A stretch of 64,000 nt of DNA from Candidatus Woesearchaeota archaeon (GTDB taxonomy: Archaea; Nanobdellota; Nanobdellia; Woesearchaeales; JAZDKJ01): contig JAZDKJ010000010.1 in NCBI GenBank assembly GCA_043803105.1, positions 1 to 64,000 on the forward strand. Direction: 5' to 3'. The notes beneath the pieces are model-generated. The model was not told the origin of the DNA and did not search any database. It saw only the letters and a list, made by a program, of their open reading frames with translations. Shown here piece by piece: positions 27,858 through 37,539 of this stretch. A program made the position numbers and the translations under genes. How positions within the stretch are numbered: position 1 is the first letter of the stretch; each line of letters begins with the position of its first letter.

Positions 27858-28383
27858 CCCCCAAGTTAGCTAATGAGCCTTTGATGTAATTACCTGCTAT
27901 GATGTACGGCAGCAGCTTTTTCATCTTCTGCAGCTCTTCATTATTTCTGGCATTATGAACCTGTATCTCCCTGCCCAGTCTTGATTCATACATCCCTCTT
28001 TCAAATTCATCGCCCTTCCCATAGATGAAGATGTCTACGTCACTATCCGCGTACCAGTCTTCTCTGGCAAAACTTCCAAAGAGGATTACAACCTTTGCGT
28101 TCTTAAGTCTTGCAAGATGGTCGAATAATCCGCTCTTTTGCAGGGTCTGCAATGCAAATTGTCTTTTTTTGCTTCGAAACGTCAAGCTGCTGAAATTATG
28201 CACATAGTAAGGCATCCTTCCTTTGGGTTTGACCCTCTTGATGATACCTTCCTTCTGAAAGGCTATGAGCCATTTTGCTAGCTGCGGCCTGCCTATCTGT
28301 GCCTGCTCTAGTAATTCTTCAAAATGCCATTGCTTTGGATAGTTGAAGAATAGCTCCAAAACCTTGTCTTCCTTGCTTCTCAT
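27841..28383 (-). CDS. wHTH-minimal nucleotidyltransferase (MNT)
   Basis: LFGSFAREDWYADSDVDIF; palindrome TTAGTTA...TAACTAA (28385-28407) upstream. Confidence 0.85.
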   Translation of the reverse strand: MRSKEDKVLELFFNYPKQWHFEELLEQAQIGRPQLAKWLIAFQKEGIIKRVKPKGRMPYYVHNFSSLTFRSKKRQFALQTLQKSGLFDHLARLKNAKVVILFGSFAREDWYADSDVDIFIYGKGDEFERGMYESRLGREIQVHNARNNEELQKMKKLLPYIIAGNYIKGSLANLGVEICA

Positions 28384-28512
28384 TTTAGTTACGATAGATA
28401 TAACTAATATTTAAAGTTTTCCTTGATGTAAATGTTCAACTGATGGCCAATGCTCAGTGCACAAAAAAAATCATAAGACTTTTAAACGATTTATCCTTTC
28501 TCTACCCTATGC

Positions 28513-28576
28513 GCCGAGGTGGCACTGACCCAGCCTTTTGCACAGGCAAAAGCCTGGGGAAAAACGTGCTCCTGGT
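28513..28576 (+). pseudogene. Truncated duplicate of the tRNA-Ser 5' end with a D-loop intron-like hairpin
   Basis: CGCCGAGGTGGCAC at 28512-28525 equals 28583-28596. It is followed by hairpin CCCAG-CCTTTTGC...GCAAAAG-CCTGGG, then GTGC (pairs with GCAC) and CCTGGT. TATA-like TTTTAAA at 28480-28486. Confidence 0.7.
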
Positions 28577-28583
28577 CGCACAC

Positions 28584-28731
28584 GCCGAGGTGGCACAACC
28601 TGGTACTGCGCGAGATTGCTAGGTACATCTGAGTGCTTATGATCACTCCGCAGATATCTCGTGTCCGAAAGGATTTCTGGGTTCAAAAAGCGTCTGCGCA
28701 AAACAGGCGCTGGAAAGTCCCAGCCTCGGCG
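28584..28731 (+). tRNA. tRNA-Ser(GCT) with two introns (37/38: 28622-28655; 59/60: 28688-28717)
   Basis: Acceptor GCCGAGG/CCTCGGC-G, anticodon stem CGAGA/TCTCG with TT-GCT-AA, long variable arm TCC-GAAA-GGA, T-arm CTGGG-TTCAAAT-CCCAG; BHB-like boundaries. Confidence 0.92.
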
Positions 28732-28831
28732 TATTACCTATATGGCGTAAAACCAGCCTAAATAACTACCCCAAAAATGTTAGTTATTGAGGGAGAAGGC
28801 TTTTAACCTGCTATTTCTTACGAAAAACACA

Positions 28832-30073
28832 ATGGCAGATACATTTAGAATATATTACAAGCGAGAAAAAGTCTATGATAAGGAGCTTGTGGCAATACAG
28901 GAGCTTCAGACCAGCGCTCGGAACAAGGAGTTGATTGACAGGTTCCACAACTTCCTCTTTTCCAGGCGTTGCTGCAAGCTTCGTGTAAGCAAGGTCAGTT
29001 CTCAACTGCGCAGGATCTGCCTGCGATTGAATAAGGACTTGGATAAGGTCAATACGGAGGATCTTGAGAAGCTTGTTACTTATTATCTGACTCTTGACAA
29101 GTATTCTGAAGACACTAAGGTTGATTATATGCGCTGTATTAAGCAGTTTTACAGGTGGTTCCAGGATAATGATCCTCGGCTTGACAGCGTTAAACCTAAG
29201 GTGTCTAAAGAGGCCAAGAGCCTGTACAAATTCATTGAGACCATCAAATCTACCTGTAAGCTCAAGAGCGTTGATTTCAGCAATATTATTACTGAAGAAG
29301 AGGTTAATCAGGTCATTGAGCACGGTTCCAACAGCGTGAAAGAAAAAGCCTTGATTCGATTGCTGCATGAGACTGGCGCTCGGGCAGGAGAGCTTCTCAA
29401 TATCAGGATAAAGGATGTGGTCTTCAAGGAAAAGGGTGGCTTGGTTGTTGTTGATGGTAAGACTGGTGAGCGTAAAGTGCCAATTGTCAAGTCTGTTCCT
29501 TATCTGATTCAGTGGCTTGACATCCATCCTTTCAAGGATAGTAAAGACAGTTATCTTTGGGTTGGTGAAAGCCTGAGCAGGAGGTACGAACCATTGAAGC
29601 ATAGAGGTGGCCAAAAGCTCATTGACAGGTGCTTTGAGAAAGCCGCCATTAAGAAGCAGCACAATTATCACTGGTTCCGGCACTCCCGAGCCACCCTTTT
29701 GGCCCCAAAGCTCACAGAAGCGTTGCTGTGCAAGTACATGGGCTGGGTCATCGGCTCAAAACAAGTCAGACGTTATGTCCATCTCTGTACCGAACAGCTT
29801 GAGACAGAAATCATGCAAATCAACGGCCTGCAACCAGCTGAGCAGGTGAAATCAGACCTTCCGCCAGTCTGCTGCTGCGGTGCAATCAACATAGCCGGCC
29901 ACAGGTACTGCTACAAATGCGGCAACCCCTTGGACATTAGCTTCATGATCCAGGACAAAGAGCTCCTCAAACAGGAAACCGACACCAGGCTCAAGCAGTA
30001 CGCAGAAATCATGGCTGACCCAGAGAAGAGAAAGCAGTTCGAGGAGTTCAAAAGGATTATTTTACATAGTTAA
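28832..30073 (+). CDS. Tyrosine recombinase/integrase with C-terminal zinc ribbon
   Basis: TGARAGE, DGKTGER, HWFRHS, MGW, RRYVH; CCCG...CYKCG. Confidence 0.92.
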   Translation: MADTFRIYYKREKVYDKELVAIQELQTSARNKELIDRFHNFLFSRRCCKLRVSKVSSQLRRICLRLNKDLDKVNTEDLEKLVTYYLTLDKYSEDTKVDYMRCIKQFYRWFQDNDPRLDSVKPKVSKEAKSLYKFIETIKSTCKLKSVDFSNIITEEEVNQVIEHGSNSVKEKALIRLLHETGARAGELLNIRIKDVVFKEKGGLVVVDGKTGERKVPIVKSVPYLIQWLDIHPFKDSKDSYLWVGESLSRRYEPLKHRGGQKLIDRCFEKAAIKKQHNYHWFRHSRATLLAPKLTEALLCKYMGWVIGSKQVRRYVHLCTEQLETEIMQINGLQPAEQVKSDLPPVCCCGAINIAGHRYCYKCGNPLDISFMIQDKELLKQETDTRLKQYAEIMADPEKRKQFEEFKRIILHS

Positions 30074-30124
30074 AACTACCCAAGATAATTTCCTGCCTAA
30101 TACTGTCATCCAGGGACTTTTTTC

Positions 30125-30298
30125 CTATCGCATTACCCTGGCAATCAAGGCTATCGCACCTGCAATAACAAATATCAACATTGCAGTGCCAAACAGTCCT
30201 TCGGTCCCGGTCTTCAGTATGTTCGACAAAATAAGTCCTGCAGCGAGAACTCCCAGACCTCCAGTGCCTATAATTCCTAAACCCTTCAAACTTGGCAT
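30125..30298 (-). CDS. Small two-TM membrane protein
   Basis: Two hydrophobic Gly-rich helices; RBS GGAGG. Confidence 0.55.
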   Translation of the reverse strand: MPSLKGLGIIGTGGLGVLAAGLILSNILKTGTEGLFGTAMLIFVIAGAIALIARVMR

Positions 30299-30463
30299 TT
30301 TGTTCCTCCATAACACACAAGAATTCGGAGACACAGAGAAAAGAGGTCTCTGCGTCACCTCTTTTTCCCTGTGGGTTATGCCTTGAAAGATCGGGCACTA
30401 GTATTTATTTATTGTGTCATTAACGATGGAAATCTTGCATTCTGGTCGAGAAATTGAGAGCAG

Positions 30464-30673
30464 TCACTTATTGAATCTTGGCTTAAGTATTACATCCAGC
30501 CATAACCCAAAGGTAATGATTAATCCGATAACAATCCATATAAGTGTGATACCAACTTTTTTCATATGCAAAAGATCCCAACTCTGAAGTATAAGAGACA
30601 AGAAGATAAGAAGAATAACTGCTGTCCAAAGCTTAACGGTTGCTGCGAGCTTTTTCCATATTTTGATACTCAT
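30464..30673 (-). CDS. Small two-TM membrane protein
   Basis: Two TM helices; ATGA overlap with the upstream AbiJ-like gene. Confidence 0.55.
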   Translation of the reverse strand: MSIKIWKKLAATVKLWTAVILLIFLSLILQSWDLLHMKKVGITLIWIVIGLIITFGLWLDVILKPRFNK

Positions 30674-31548
30674 AATTGAAGACCAGCTTTTGAGCACTTA
30701 ACTTCAAGATAATTTATGAAAGCGGCACAGGCAACTAACAGATAACGTGCATCTTCCTGATCTAAATTGCTTTCCCCAAGCATTCCGTGTCTGACTCCAT
30801 CACTATCCGAAGTATAGCCATATATTTTTTCATAACCTGCCTTTAAAGCAGGATGCATTCTTACTCCCTGCCTCTCTAGGTGGTCTAGAGCCTTTGTTAG
30901 TACAGCAGAGTTTTCCTTACCAGCAAATCGAACTGCAATGGCTTCAACAGCACTTATTGATTCCTTAATGGAATTTCTGTAATCCGGTTTGTTCCTGTCA
31001 GATAAATGTCTGAGAGCTGTTTCAAGATGTGTTTTCACTTCCTTAGACCTAGACTCTAATGCAGTTAATATTTCTGTGATCTGATGTTTATCAGTAATTG
31101 GAGTTATTTGGTCATTAATAAATCTATAACCTGCATTTTCTCGTTCAAGGACAGTATTAGCAGCCCGCACGAGTTCGTCTCTTACTTTCAAAGATTTTGG
31201 GCTACCTATATCTCTTAAACAAATGACACAAAAATCAAATAGGTCATAAACCAAATTCCATTCTTTTTCTTTAATGAAAGAATGCAGCTCAACCACCGCC
31301 TGTGGCACATTGGCCATTTCTCCATATTCTTCCTTAAAAAATTCATCACAAAGCCTATTTAGTATTTCATCACCGATGCGGTCAGAATCACCAAATTCAT
31401 CTTGCATCAGAAATATTTTATAAAACAAAGAGCTGATATACCGACTAAAAACATTAACTAATCCAGTCCTCAAGTCTTTATTCATGCTTTCAATTTGCAT
31501 GATATTGTCAATTTCACGGTAACCTTGTCTTTGTGAAAACAGTTTCAT
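30670..31548 (-). CDS. AbiJ-NTD4-type protein with HEPN-like C-terminal domain (abortive-infection related)
   Basis: FSQRQGY...LRTGLVN N-terminus; DYRNSIKESISAVEA, YGYTSDSDGVRHG, DARYLLVACAAFINYL. Confidence 0.75.
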   Translation of the reverse strand: MKLFSQRQGYREIDNIMQIESMNKDLRTGLVNVFSRYISSLFYKIFLMQDEFGDSDRIGDEILNRLCDEFFKEEYGEMANVPQAVVELHSFIKEKEWNLVYDLFDFCVICLRDIGSPKSLKVRDELVRAANTVLERENAGYRFINDQITPITDKHQITEILTALESRSKEVKTHLETALRHLSDRNKPDYRNSIKESISAVEAIAVRFAGKENSAVLTKALDHLERQGVRMHPALKAGYEKIYGYTSDSDGVRHGMLGESNLDQEDARYLLVACAAFINYLEVKCSKAGLQL

Positions 31549-31593
31549 TTTTTCAAACTACTAAATTTGTATATTACTGCTTTTGCGATGTGC

Positions 31594-34500
31594 TCAAATT
31601 ACAGTAAAAGGTTTTAGTGCCCTTGTATCTCTATTCCCCGCTGCGTCTTCCGTGAATACAGTCAAGTTGTGGAATCCCTTACCAAATGATTTCTTCTGTA
31701 TTTTTGTCTTTCCGAATTCTATGCATTTTGAACATAGGGTGACTTCGACAGGTTTCTTTGGTCCTCGGTCTACATACTTGATATAATTAGCTTTCTCATC
31801 AAGAGACACGTTGAAAAATAGATAATTCTTGTCTTGCCTTGACTGAGCATATAGTATATGAGATGGAATTGTGTCGATCTTGCACAGGCTTGACGGCTTA
31901 TATGCGACTGTGCTGAAGGTGTCTTTCACACCAAAAGACCAATATATGTTCTGGTTTTCCCAGTTGCTGAGGTTAACAAAAAAGTTGCATTGTTGGTTGG
32001 TACCAGCAGGGCAATCCTTTCTATTCACCATCATGCCTCCGTAATTCAAATCAACATTTATGGGGTACAATTCAGTGTATTTCACCACAAAATTACCATT
32101 GCAGTAACCCTTGTTCGCTGCTAATTGTGATATTACCTTGGGCTTTGTACTGTCAACAAATAATTCTATTGTGGTGTTGATTATATTGTCATTTGAGAAT
32201 ATACTCACCTTATGATACCCATCAGTGAATTTGGTTTCCTGCTTCCTCGTAAAACCATATTGATTGCATTTGCTACACAAGGTGCGTGCAATTGGCTTGA
32301 CTTCACTATAGTCTATGTACTTCAGAGTCTGCACCGACTGAATAAGGGATAGGTTCATTCTGACAGAACTGTAGCTGTAATTCATTCTTTTTGGCGAATA
32401 GACTGTAAAGGTCTTTGGGCAGTCTTTGCCATCGCAATTCTGATCTATGCCATCACCGCACACTTCAGGTTGTGGGAACATCGCGGAGCAGTTCACAAAA
32501 TTGCCGTTGTTGTCGCATTTTTCAATTCCAAAAGTGCATATACCAATGTTGGAAGCACCACATTGTCTTGTGATGAGCTCGCTTCCATCTAGTACTCCGT
32601 CGCAATCGTCGTCCAGGCCATTACAAATCTCGTTGTGTGCTAGTTTTGTTGTTGAGCACTCATTCCATTGCCCCCAGTTGCCGTTTTGGCATATCCTCAT
32701 TTGACTGCCACCGACGCATATGCCTACGCCGCAAGCCTGTGTTTGATTTAGGCCATTGTCTATCCGACCATCGCAGTCATTGTCTTTGCCATCACATACC
32801 TCTGGAGATGGGACACATCCTTTGTCTATTGTCAGAGTGATTGGGTAAGCTACCGATAGAGTCCGATAAAGTCTTCTATCGCTAAACTTACCTTCCCACC
32901 AGCCTCCATTGAGGAATAATGTGGCAAATTTGTCTCCCAACGACAAGTTTCGGGGAACGTTGAGAGTCAAAAGCATTTTGTCCGTTCCTCTGAAATAACT
33001 GGTGGGCTCTTGGACTTGCGCCCAGTCCCAATTTACCATATCCAAGAGAGATAGCTCGATTTCAAAAGGGTACTGGTCATAATAAAATCCTTGCCCAAGG
33101 ACAACGATGGTCCAAGTTCCCGCAGTTGCTGTGGCAGGAATAGGGCTGTATCCTAGTAGGCTGTTACTGTAATAATTGCCGCTATAACCAATCTGAACTC
33201 CGTTAGCATCATAAATATAAGCCTCGATGCTGTCTAACAATGCATCGCCTTGTGAAGAGATTTTGCTCTTAAGATAGTTTGCCCCATTTACATATGACTC
33301 TGGGATTTCGAAGTTGTAATATCTGTAAGAGTAGATAAACGGTCCAGCCTTATCGTTGTCTAGAGCCGAGTTGGGTACAACACTTATTGGGGTTTCCCGC
33401 CAAATGCTCTTCTCAATAGACACATCGAGGTCATAATTAAGCATGTTGGTTATGTTTATTATCTGAGTTGTCTGTTGTCCCTGCTCCAGATTTAACCAAA
33501 TTCCGTTCGGGTTGAATAGTATGCTGGGAATTGTCACATCCCCTCTGAAGATTATCCCATCCAAGGGTGTGTATTCAGACTGGATAACTACTGTCCACTG
33601 CCCAGCCGCAGGGGCACTAACAAAAGCCCATTCAAAAGGGCCGTCATAGTCATAGGAGCTGTAGAGGCTCCCCGTAGGGTCATACAAAAACATCCGTATG
33701 TCAGTCCCATACGTTGCTTCAGTTTGGGTCCACCAATCAGCAGATATATAGAAATATGGTACCTTATCAGTTATTGTGAATGAGTATGCTCTTCTTTCCA
33801 GATTGCTGCAGAAGGAACCATCAAATGACGCATAAGACTCAGTGGAACTCCCAGAACTGCTCCAACCACCACTACTACCTCCGCCTGAGCATGGATTTGA
33901 TATGAAAGAGTGTCTCATCTCACCGGTGAAGTTTATTTCATCAGAAATTATTATTGAAACTGGAATCATGGAATATGTCCAATTACCATAGTTTTGATAA
34001 TCCTTCAAGAAGAGCTTTCCTGCATAAAGACCCGTCTCTTCTGTATTGGGATTTATTGTGAGAAGTCCAGCATTACGATCATATGAAAACCAATCCCAAC
34101 TTAGCTGGTTCTTCAAGTTCATCGAACCTTGGACTGCAATCGGTTGTGGCACATTCCATGGATAGACAAAAAGACTGTAACTTCCTGGTGTGGGATTGTT
34201 CAGTGTTATTTTTTCAAAATCTGTCCATCCGGCACCCGAATAGTAATAATATCCTGAAGGATCTCTAAGTCTCATATCAACATCATTTGCCTTATCCACC
34301 CAGCTGATATTTACGCTAAGTTCAAGAGTATTTGCTGGCACCGTAAAATTGTAATAGAATCCATTTGTCCTGTCTACAATCCCACTAAATGTATCATGTT
34401 CTTCATTCAAATCATTCTCGTAAGCACTTATTGTAGTCTGGTAAGATTGCTGAGTCTTAAGATTGACTGTTTTAGTCTGTTTCCCATTCATAATCAAATT

Positions 34501-36672
34501 CAGTTCAGAAGGCGAAACACGGGGATTCCAGATGCTATAGTAGGCATTTTCCACATTAATAATTCCAGCCCCTTCCCTGAAGATACTTACACCCATCAAA
34601 TCAGTTGCAGTACTCATTAATATCTCTTTTACCTGTTTTGGGGTCAAAGAAGGAAAAGCCTGTTTGAGTAACGCTACCGCCCCTGCCACATGAGGGGTGG
34701 CCATTGAAGTTCCACTCAATGAGATGTATCCATCTAGTGGAGAATAGCCTAACATTGTGTTTCTTGCTTGAGGGGCAATAATTCCGTCTCCAGGAGCAAG
34801 CATATCTGGCTTTATTCTGCCATCTGAGGTAGGACCTTGGCTGCTAAAATCGGCAACCTGAGCATTATAAGGGTATTTTTTGGTACTTGCACCAACTGTT
34901 ATGATCTTATCAGCACACCCAGGAGACGCCACAGTCTCTCTTCCCCAATAACCTGAATTTCCTGCAGCGACAACTACAGTCACATTCATATCATATGCTT
35001 TCTCCACTGCCTGGGCGATTGGATCATTTCCGTCGCAAATATTTTGGGGACCCCCTAGGCTCATAGAGATAACAGTTGCTTTGTTTAGAACAGCCCATTC
35101 AATTCCAGCAATAATGCTTGAATCGTAGCCATAGCCCTGGTCTGACAGGACTTTGCCATTCAGTAATTTTGCGCCTGGAGCAACTCCTCGCATGTAATCC
35201 GGTGTGTCATCACCATTAAAGTCCATAATGATCTCCAGAGAGTTGAAGTTTGAAGACAAGTTGTACACCATTTTTGGAGAAACATAATGGTAACAGTAAC
35301 CCCATGTATAACAGCTCCTTTGCGCCTTCTTGATATGATATCCATTTGAAGCAATGTATTGGTCTTCTTTGGTATTGAAATTCCCATCTTCATCAAAAAA
35401 GACCACTGGTGGAGTTGGACCTTGCCACTTATATTTGAATTTAACAGAATTCTGACCTATTTTACTAATTTTCATCATTACAAGATTAGTTTTGCTCGTG
35501 TAAACACAATATGTATGATTGACTACAACAGCTGCTGAGGAATTATAGATCTGCCAGTCATATTGAGGACAATTGGTTGAGTCAATGTTGGCGACACCCA
35601 AGTCAAGCAAAGAATGCCACCAGTATCCTGAATAAAACTTTTTGCTTAGATTGTCATATAAAAAATCAGTGGTCCTCCAGTCAGAATCAATGTTATTTGT
35701 CTCAAAATCAAAATAGTTATCAGGCCAAGTCCCATTCAAAAAGGCCTCTCCAACTGAGGGAATGTTTCCAACGACGAGGATATAATAATCCTTGGAACTA
35801 GCGCCTTCCTCAAGTTGCAGCTTCTCCTTCCCGACATGATAAGTGTTCGGAGGGTAAGGAAGGTTTGACAAGGCGGATGTATCTGTGGAAGAAGTTTGCG
35901 TGGACTTTATGGACGCAGCGCCAGTCCCTGCGGCAATTCCTGCACAATGCGTCCCGTGACCAAAGCCATCATCTGTTTTCAATTCATTGTCAAACAGTGT
36001 GAAATCTCTCTTGGCAACAACTTTGCCGGCTAAATCAGGGTGGGTGTCATCGATTCCCGTGTCCAGTATCGCAATCGTTGTTCCTGTTCCGTCAAATCCA
36101 ACATTCCATACGTAGGGTGCTCCAATATACGTAGTGCTTTCATTAAGGAAGGGAAAACTCTTGTTCTCGAATGACAGGGGTTTGATTGAATTTACGTCGC
36201 TCTGATAATTTTCATAAATAGTTTGCTCATATGATGCGTTCTGCGGCTCAAGCTGAATTTTTCTATCCAAATACACATTCTTCACGTGCTCATTCAGGCC
36301 TAATGATTCCATGTTGCTTGCAGGAACATCCGCTGCAATGGCGTCAATCAATTCATAGGAGAACTTGATGCTGGCTCCATTCTGCTTTAGAAAGGAAGAC
36401 AGTTCTTGGCTATCTGCTCTTGAATACATAGTTATGATCACTGGAACCTTATTCTGTGGCACTGTTTGGATGGTCATTGGAGATCTTCCTAGTGGCACTG
36501 GCGCTCTTGTTATGTTCTGCACATAGGAAATAAGCGCAGGATCAAATTTGCTCTTTGAGTTTCTTGTTGGTAACGAATTGTCAGCGAGAACACACGAACA
36601 TGCAACAAGAATCAGCAAACCGAGAATCCACAAACTTCCGTGTTTCAGACCAGCCTTCTTTTTCATATTCAT
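31594..36672 (-). CDS. Large secreted subtilisin-like (S8) protease with a catalytic-domain insertion, PPC-like domains and Cys-rich repeats
   Basis: Signal peptide, LDTGID, HGTHCAG, AAGNSG, SGTSMATPHVAG; repeats EVCDGKDNDCDG, EICNGLDDDCDG, EVCGDGIDQNCDG. Confidence 0.92.
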   Translation of the reverse strand: MNMKKKAGLKHGSLWILGLLILVACSCVLADNSLPTRNSKSKFDPALISYVQNITRAPVPLGRSPMTIQTVPQNKVPVIITMYSRADSQELSSFLKQNGASIKFSYELIDAIAADVPASNMESLGLNEHVKNVYLDRKIQLEPQNASYEQTIYENYQSDVNSIKPLSFENKSFPFLNESTTYIGAPYVWNVGFDGTGTTIAILDTGIDDTHPDLAGKVVAKRDFTLFDNELKTDDGFGHGTHCAGIAAGTGAASIKSTQTSSTDTSALSNLPYPPNTYHVGKEKLQLEEGASSKDYYILVVGNIPSVGEAFLNGTWPDNYFDFETNNIDSDWRTTDFLYDNLSKKFYSGYWWHSLLDLGVANIDSTNCPQYDWQIYNSSAAVVVNHTYCVYTSKTNLVMMKISKIGQNSVKFKYKWQGPTPPVVFFDEDGNFNTKEDQYIASNGYHIKKAQRSCYTWGYCYHYVSPKMVYNLSSNFNSLEIIMDFNGDDTPDYMRGVAPGAKLLNGKVLSDQGYGYDSSIIAGIEWAVLNKATVISMSLGGPQNICDGNDPIAQAVEKAYDMNVTVVVAAGNSGYWGRETVASPGCADKIITVGASTKKYPYNAQVADFSSQGPTSDGRIKPDMLAPGDGIIAPQARNTMLGYSPLDGYISLSGTSMATPHVAGAVALLKQAFPSLTPKQVKEILMSTATDLMGVSIFREGAGIINVENAYYSIWNPRVSPSELNLIMNGKQTKTVNLKTQQSYQTTISAYENDLNEEHDTFSGIVDRTNGFYYNFTVPANTLELSVNISWVDKANDVDMRLRDPSGYYYYSGAGWTDFEKITLNNPTPGSYSLFVYPWNVPQPIAVQGSMNLKNQLSWDWFSYDRNAGLLTINPNTEETGLYAGKLFLKDYQNYGNWTYSMIPVSIIISDEINFTGEMRHSFISNPCSGGGSSGGWSSSGSSTESYASFDGSFCSNLERRAYSFTITDKVPYFYISADWWTQTEATYGTDIRMFLYDPTGSLYSSYDYDGPFEWAFVSAPAAGQWTVVIQSEYTPLDGIIFRGDVTIPSILFNPNGIWLNLEQGQQTTQIINITNMLNYDLDVSIEKSIWRETPISVVPNSALDNDKAGPFIYSYRYYNFEIPESYVNGANYLKSKISSQGDALLDSIEAYIYDANGVQIGYSGNYYSNSLLGYSPIPATATAGTWTIVVLGQGFYYDQYPFEIELSLLDMVNWDWAQVQEPTSYFRGTDKMLLTLNVPRNLSLGDKFATLFLNGGWWEGKFSDRRLYRTLSVAYPITLTIDKGCVPSPEVCDGKDNDCDGRIDNGLNQTQACGVGICVGGSQMRICQNGNWGQWNECSTTKLAHNEICNGLDDDCDGVLDGSELITRQCGASNIGICTFGIEKCDNNGNFVNCSAMFPQPEVCGDGIDQNCDGKDCPKTFTVYSPKRMNYSYSSVRMNLSLIQSVQTLKYIDYSEVKPIARTLCSKCNQYGFTRKQETKFTDGYHKVSIFSNDNIINTTIELFVDSTKPKVISQLAANKGYCNGNFVVKYTELYPINVDLNYGGMMVNRKDCPAGTNQQCNFFVNLSNWENQNIYWSFGVKDTFSTVAYKPSSLCKIDTIPSHILYAQSRQDKNYLFFNVSLDEKANYIKYVDRGPKKPVEVTLCSKCIEFGKTKIQKKSFGKGFHNLTVFTEDAAGNRDTRALKPFTVI

Positions 36673-36987
36673 CCCCCAGTGTGTAATAATTTGCCCTAAT
36701 GTTCAATTTGTTTCAATGACAACATAAATAATATCAAGTTTCAAACGGAAAGGTACCAAATGAGAAATGATTATTGTCTTTGTAAGTAAAGTAATAAGAT
36801 GGTATAGAACCCATAATTCTCTTTTTCACTACACTACCCCCGAGTGATGTTCTTTAGCCATACTATTTAATTTTATCGCAAAATATGTTGCCTACAAGCG
36901 GAGACGAATTTATGTTGGCTGGCCACAACCTGGCGACTAACTTTGGGGAATCTCCTGGATTGTTGACACATTTTCCGAATGTCACAG

Positions 36988-37269
36988 TCACTTTATCGAT
37001 CCCGTCAGTATCGGCCTCAGCTGTTGGTATGCAGCAGGGTATTTGTCTTTCAGCTCCGGCCTCCGTCTCAGCTGATACAACACCAAGTTCCTCTCGAAGG
37101 CTACCTGGAACTGCCTGTCGTTCTGTGTTGCCTGTAGCATGAAGTCCAAAAAGTCATGGATCCCATCGAGACCAGCGCCTGTGTGCCAGGTTATGCCAGA
37201 GGTTACATCTTGCCAAAAGGCTTCACTTTCTGCTTTTGATCCTTGTGCTTTCCTTATTTTCACTTTCAA
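36988..37269 (-). CDS. Hypothetical protein
   Basis: RBS GGGGTGA upstream; co-oriented with the leftward gene run. Confidence 0.5.
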   Translation of the reverse strand: MKVKIRKAQGSKAESEAFWQDVTSGITWHTGAGLDGIHDFLDFMLQATQNDRQFQVAFERNLVLYQLRRRPELKDKYPAAYQQLRPILTGSIK

Positions 37270-37539
37270 TCACCCCAAATCGCAACGTCTTTTCTTGTTC
37301 GTCTTGTCAGTTTTACTATTTCGTCTTCTCAAATCTTTCACATAACTGACCATCAACATTGCCAGAAAACCGTCCAATTTGGCCTATTTGCTTGGCGGCG
37401 ACAATGGAAAAGGTGGAAGTAAACACTTTAAACAGTTCTCTTCCTTGGTTTTACCAACTGGGCATTCTTGCCCGCATGATTCAGTAGGGCAATCATAATT
37501 TTTGGTAATCTTTTAATAAAACATAGCATTACTCCTAGT

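Noticed and set aside
28421-28442. Possible fourth CACTGGACATTT-like site (AGTTGAACATTT on the minus strand) upstream of MNT
   Set aside because: Several mismatches and different spacing to the TATA box.
28811-29683. 290-aa minus-strand ORF
   Set aside because: It lies antisense to the integrase and has no recognisable motifs; a shadow ORF.
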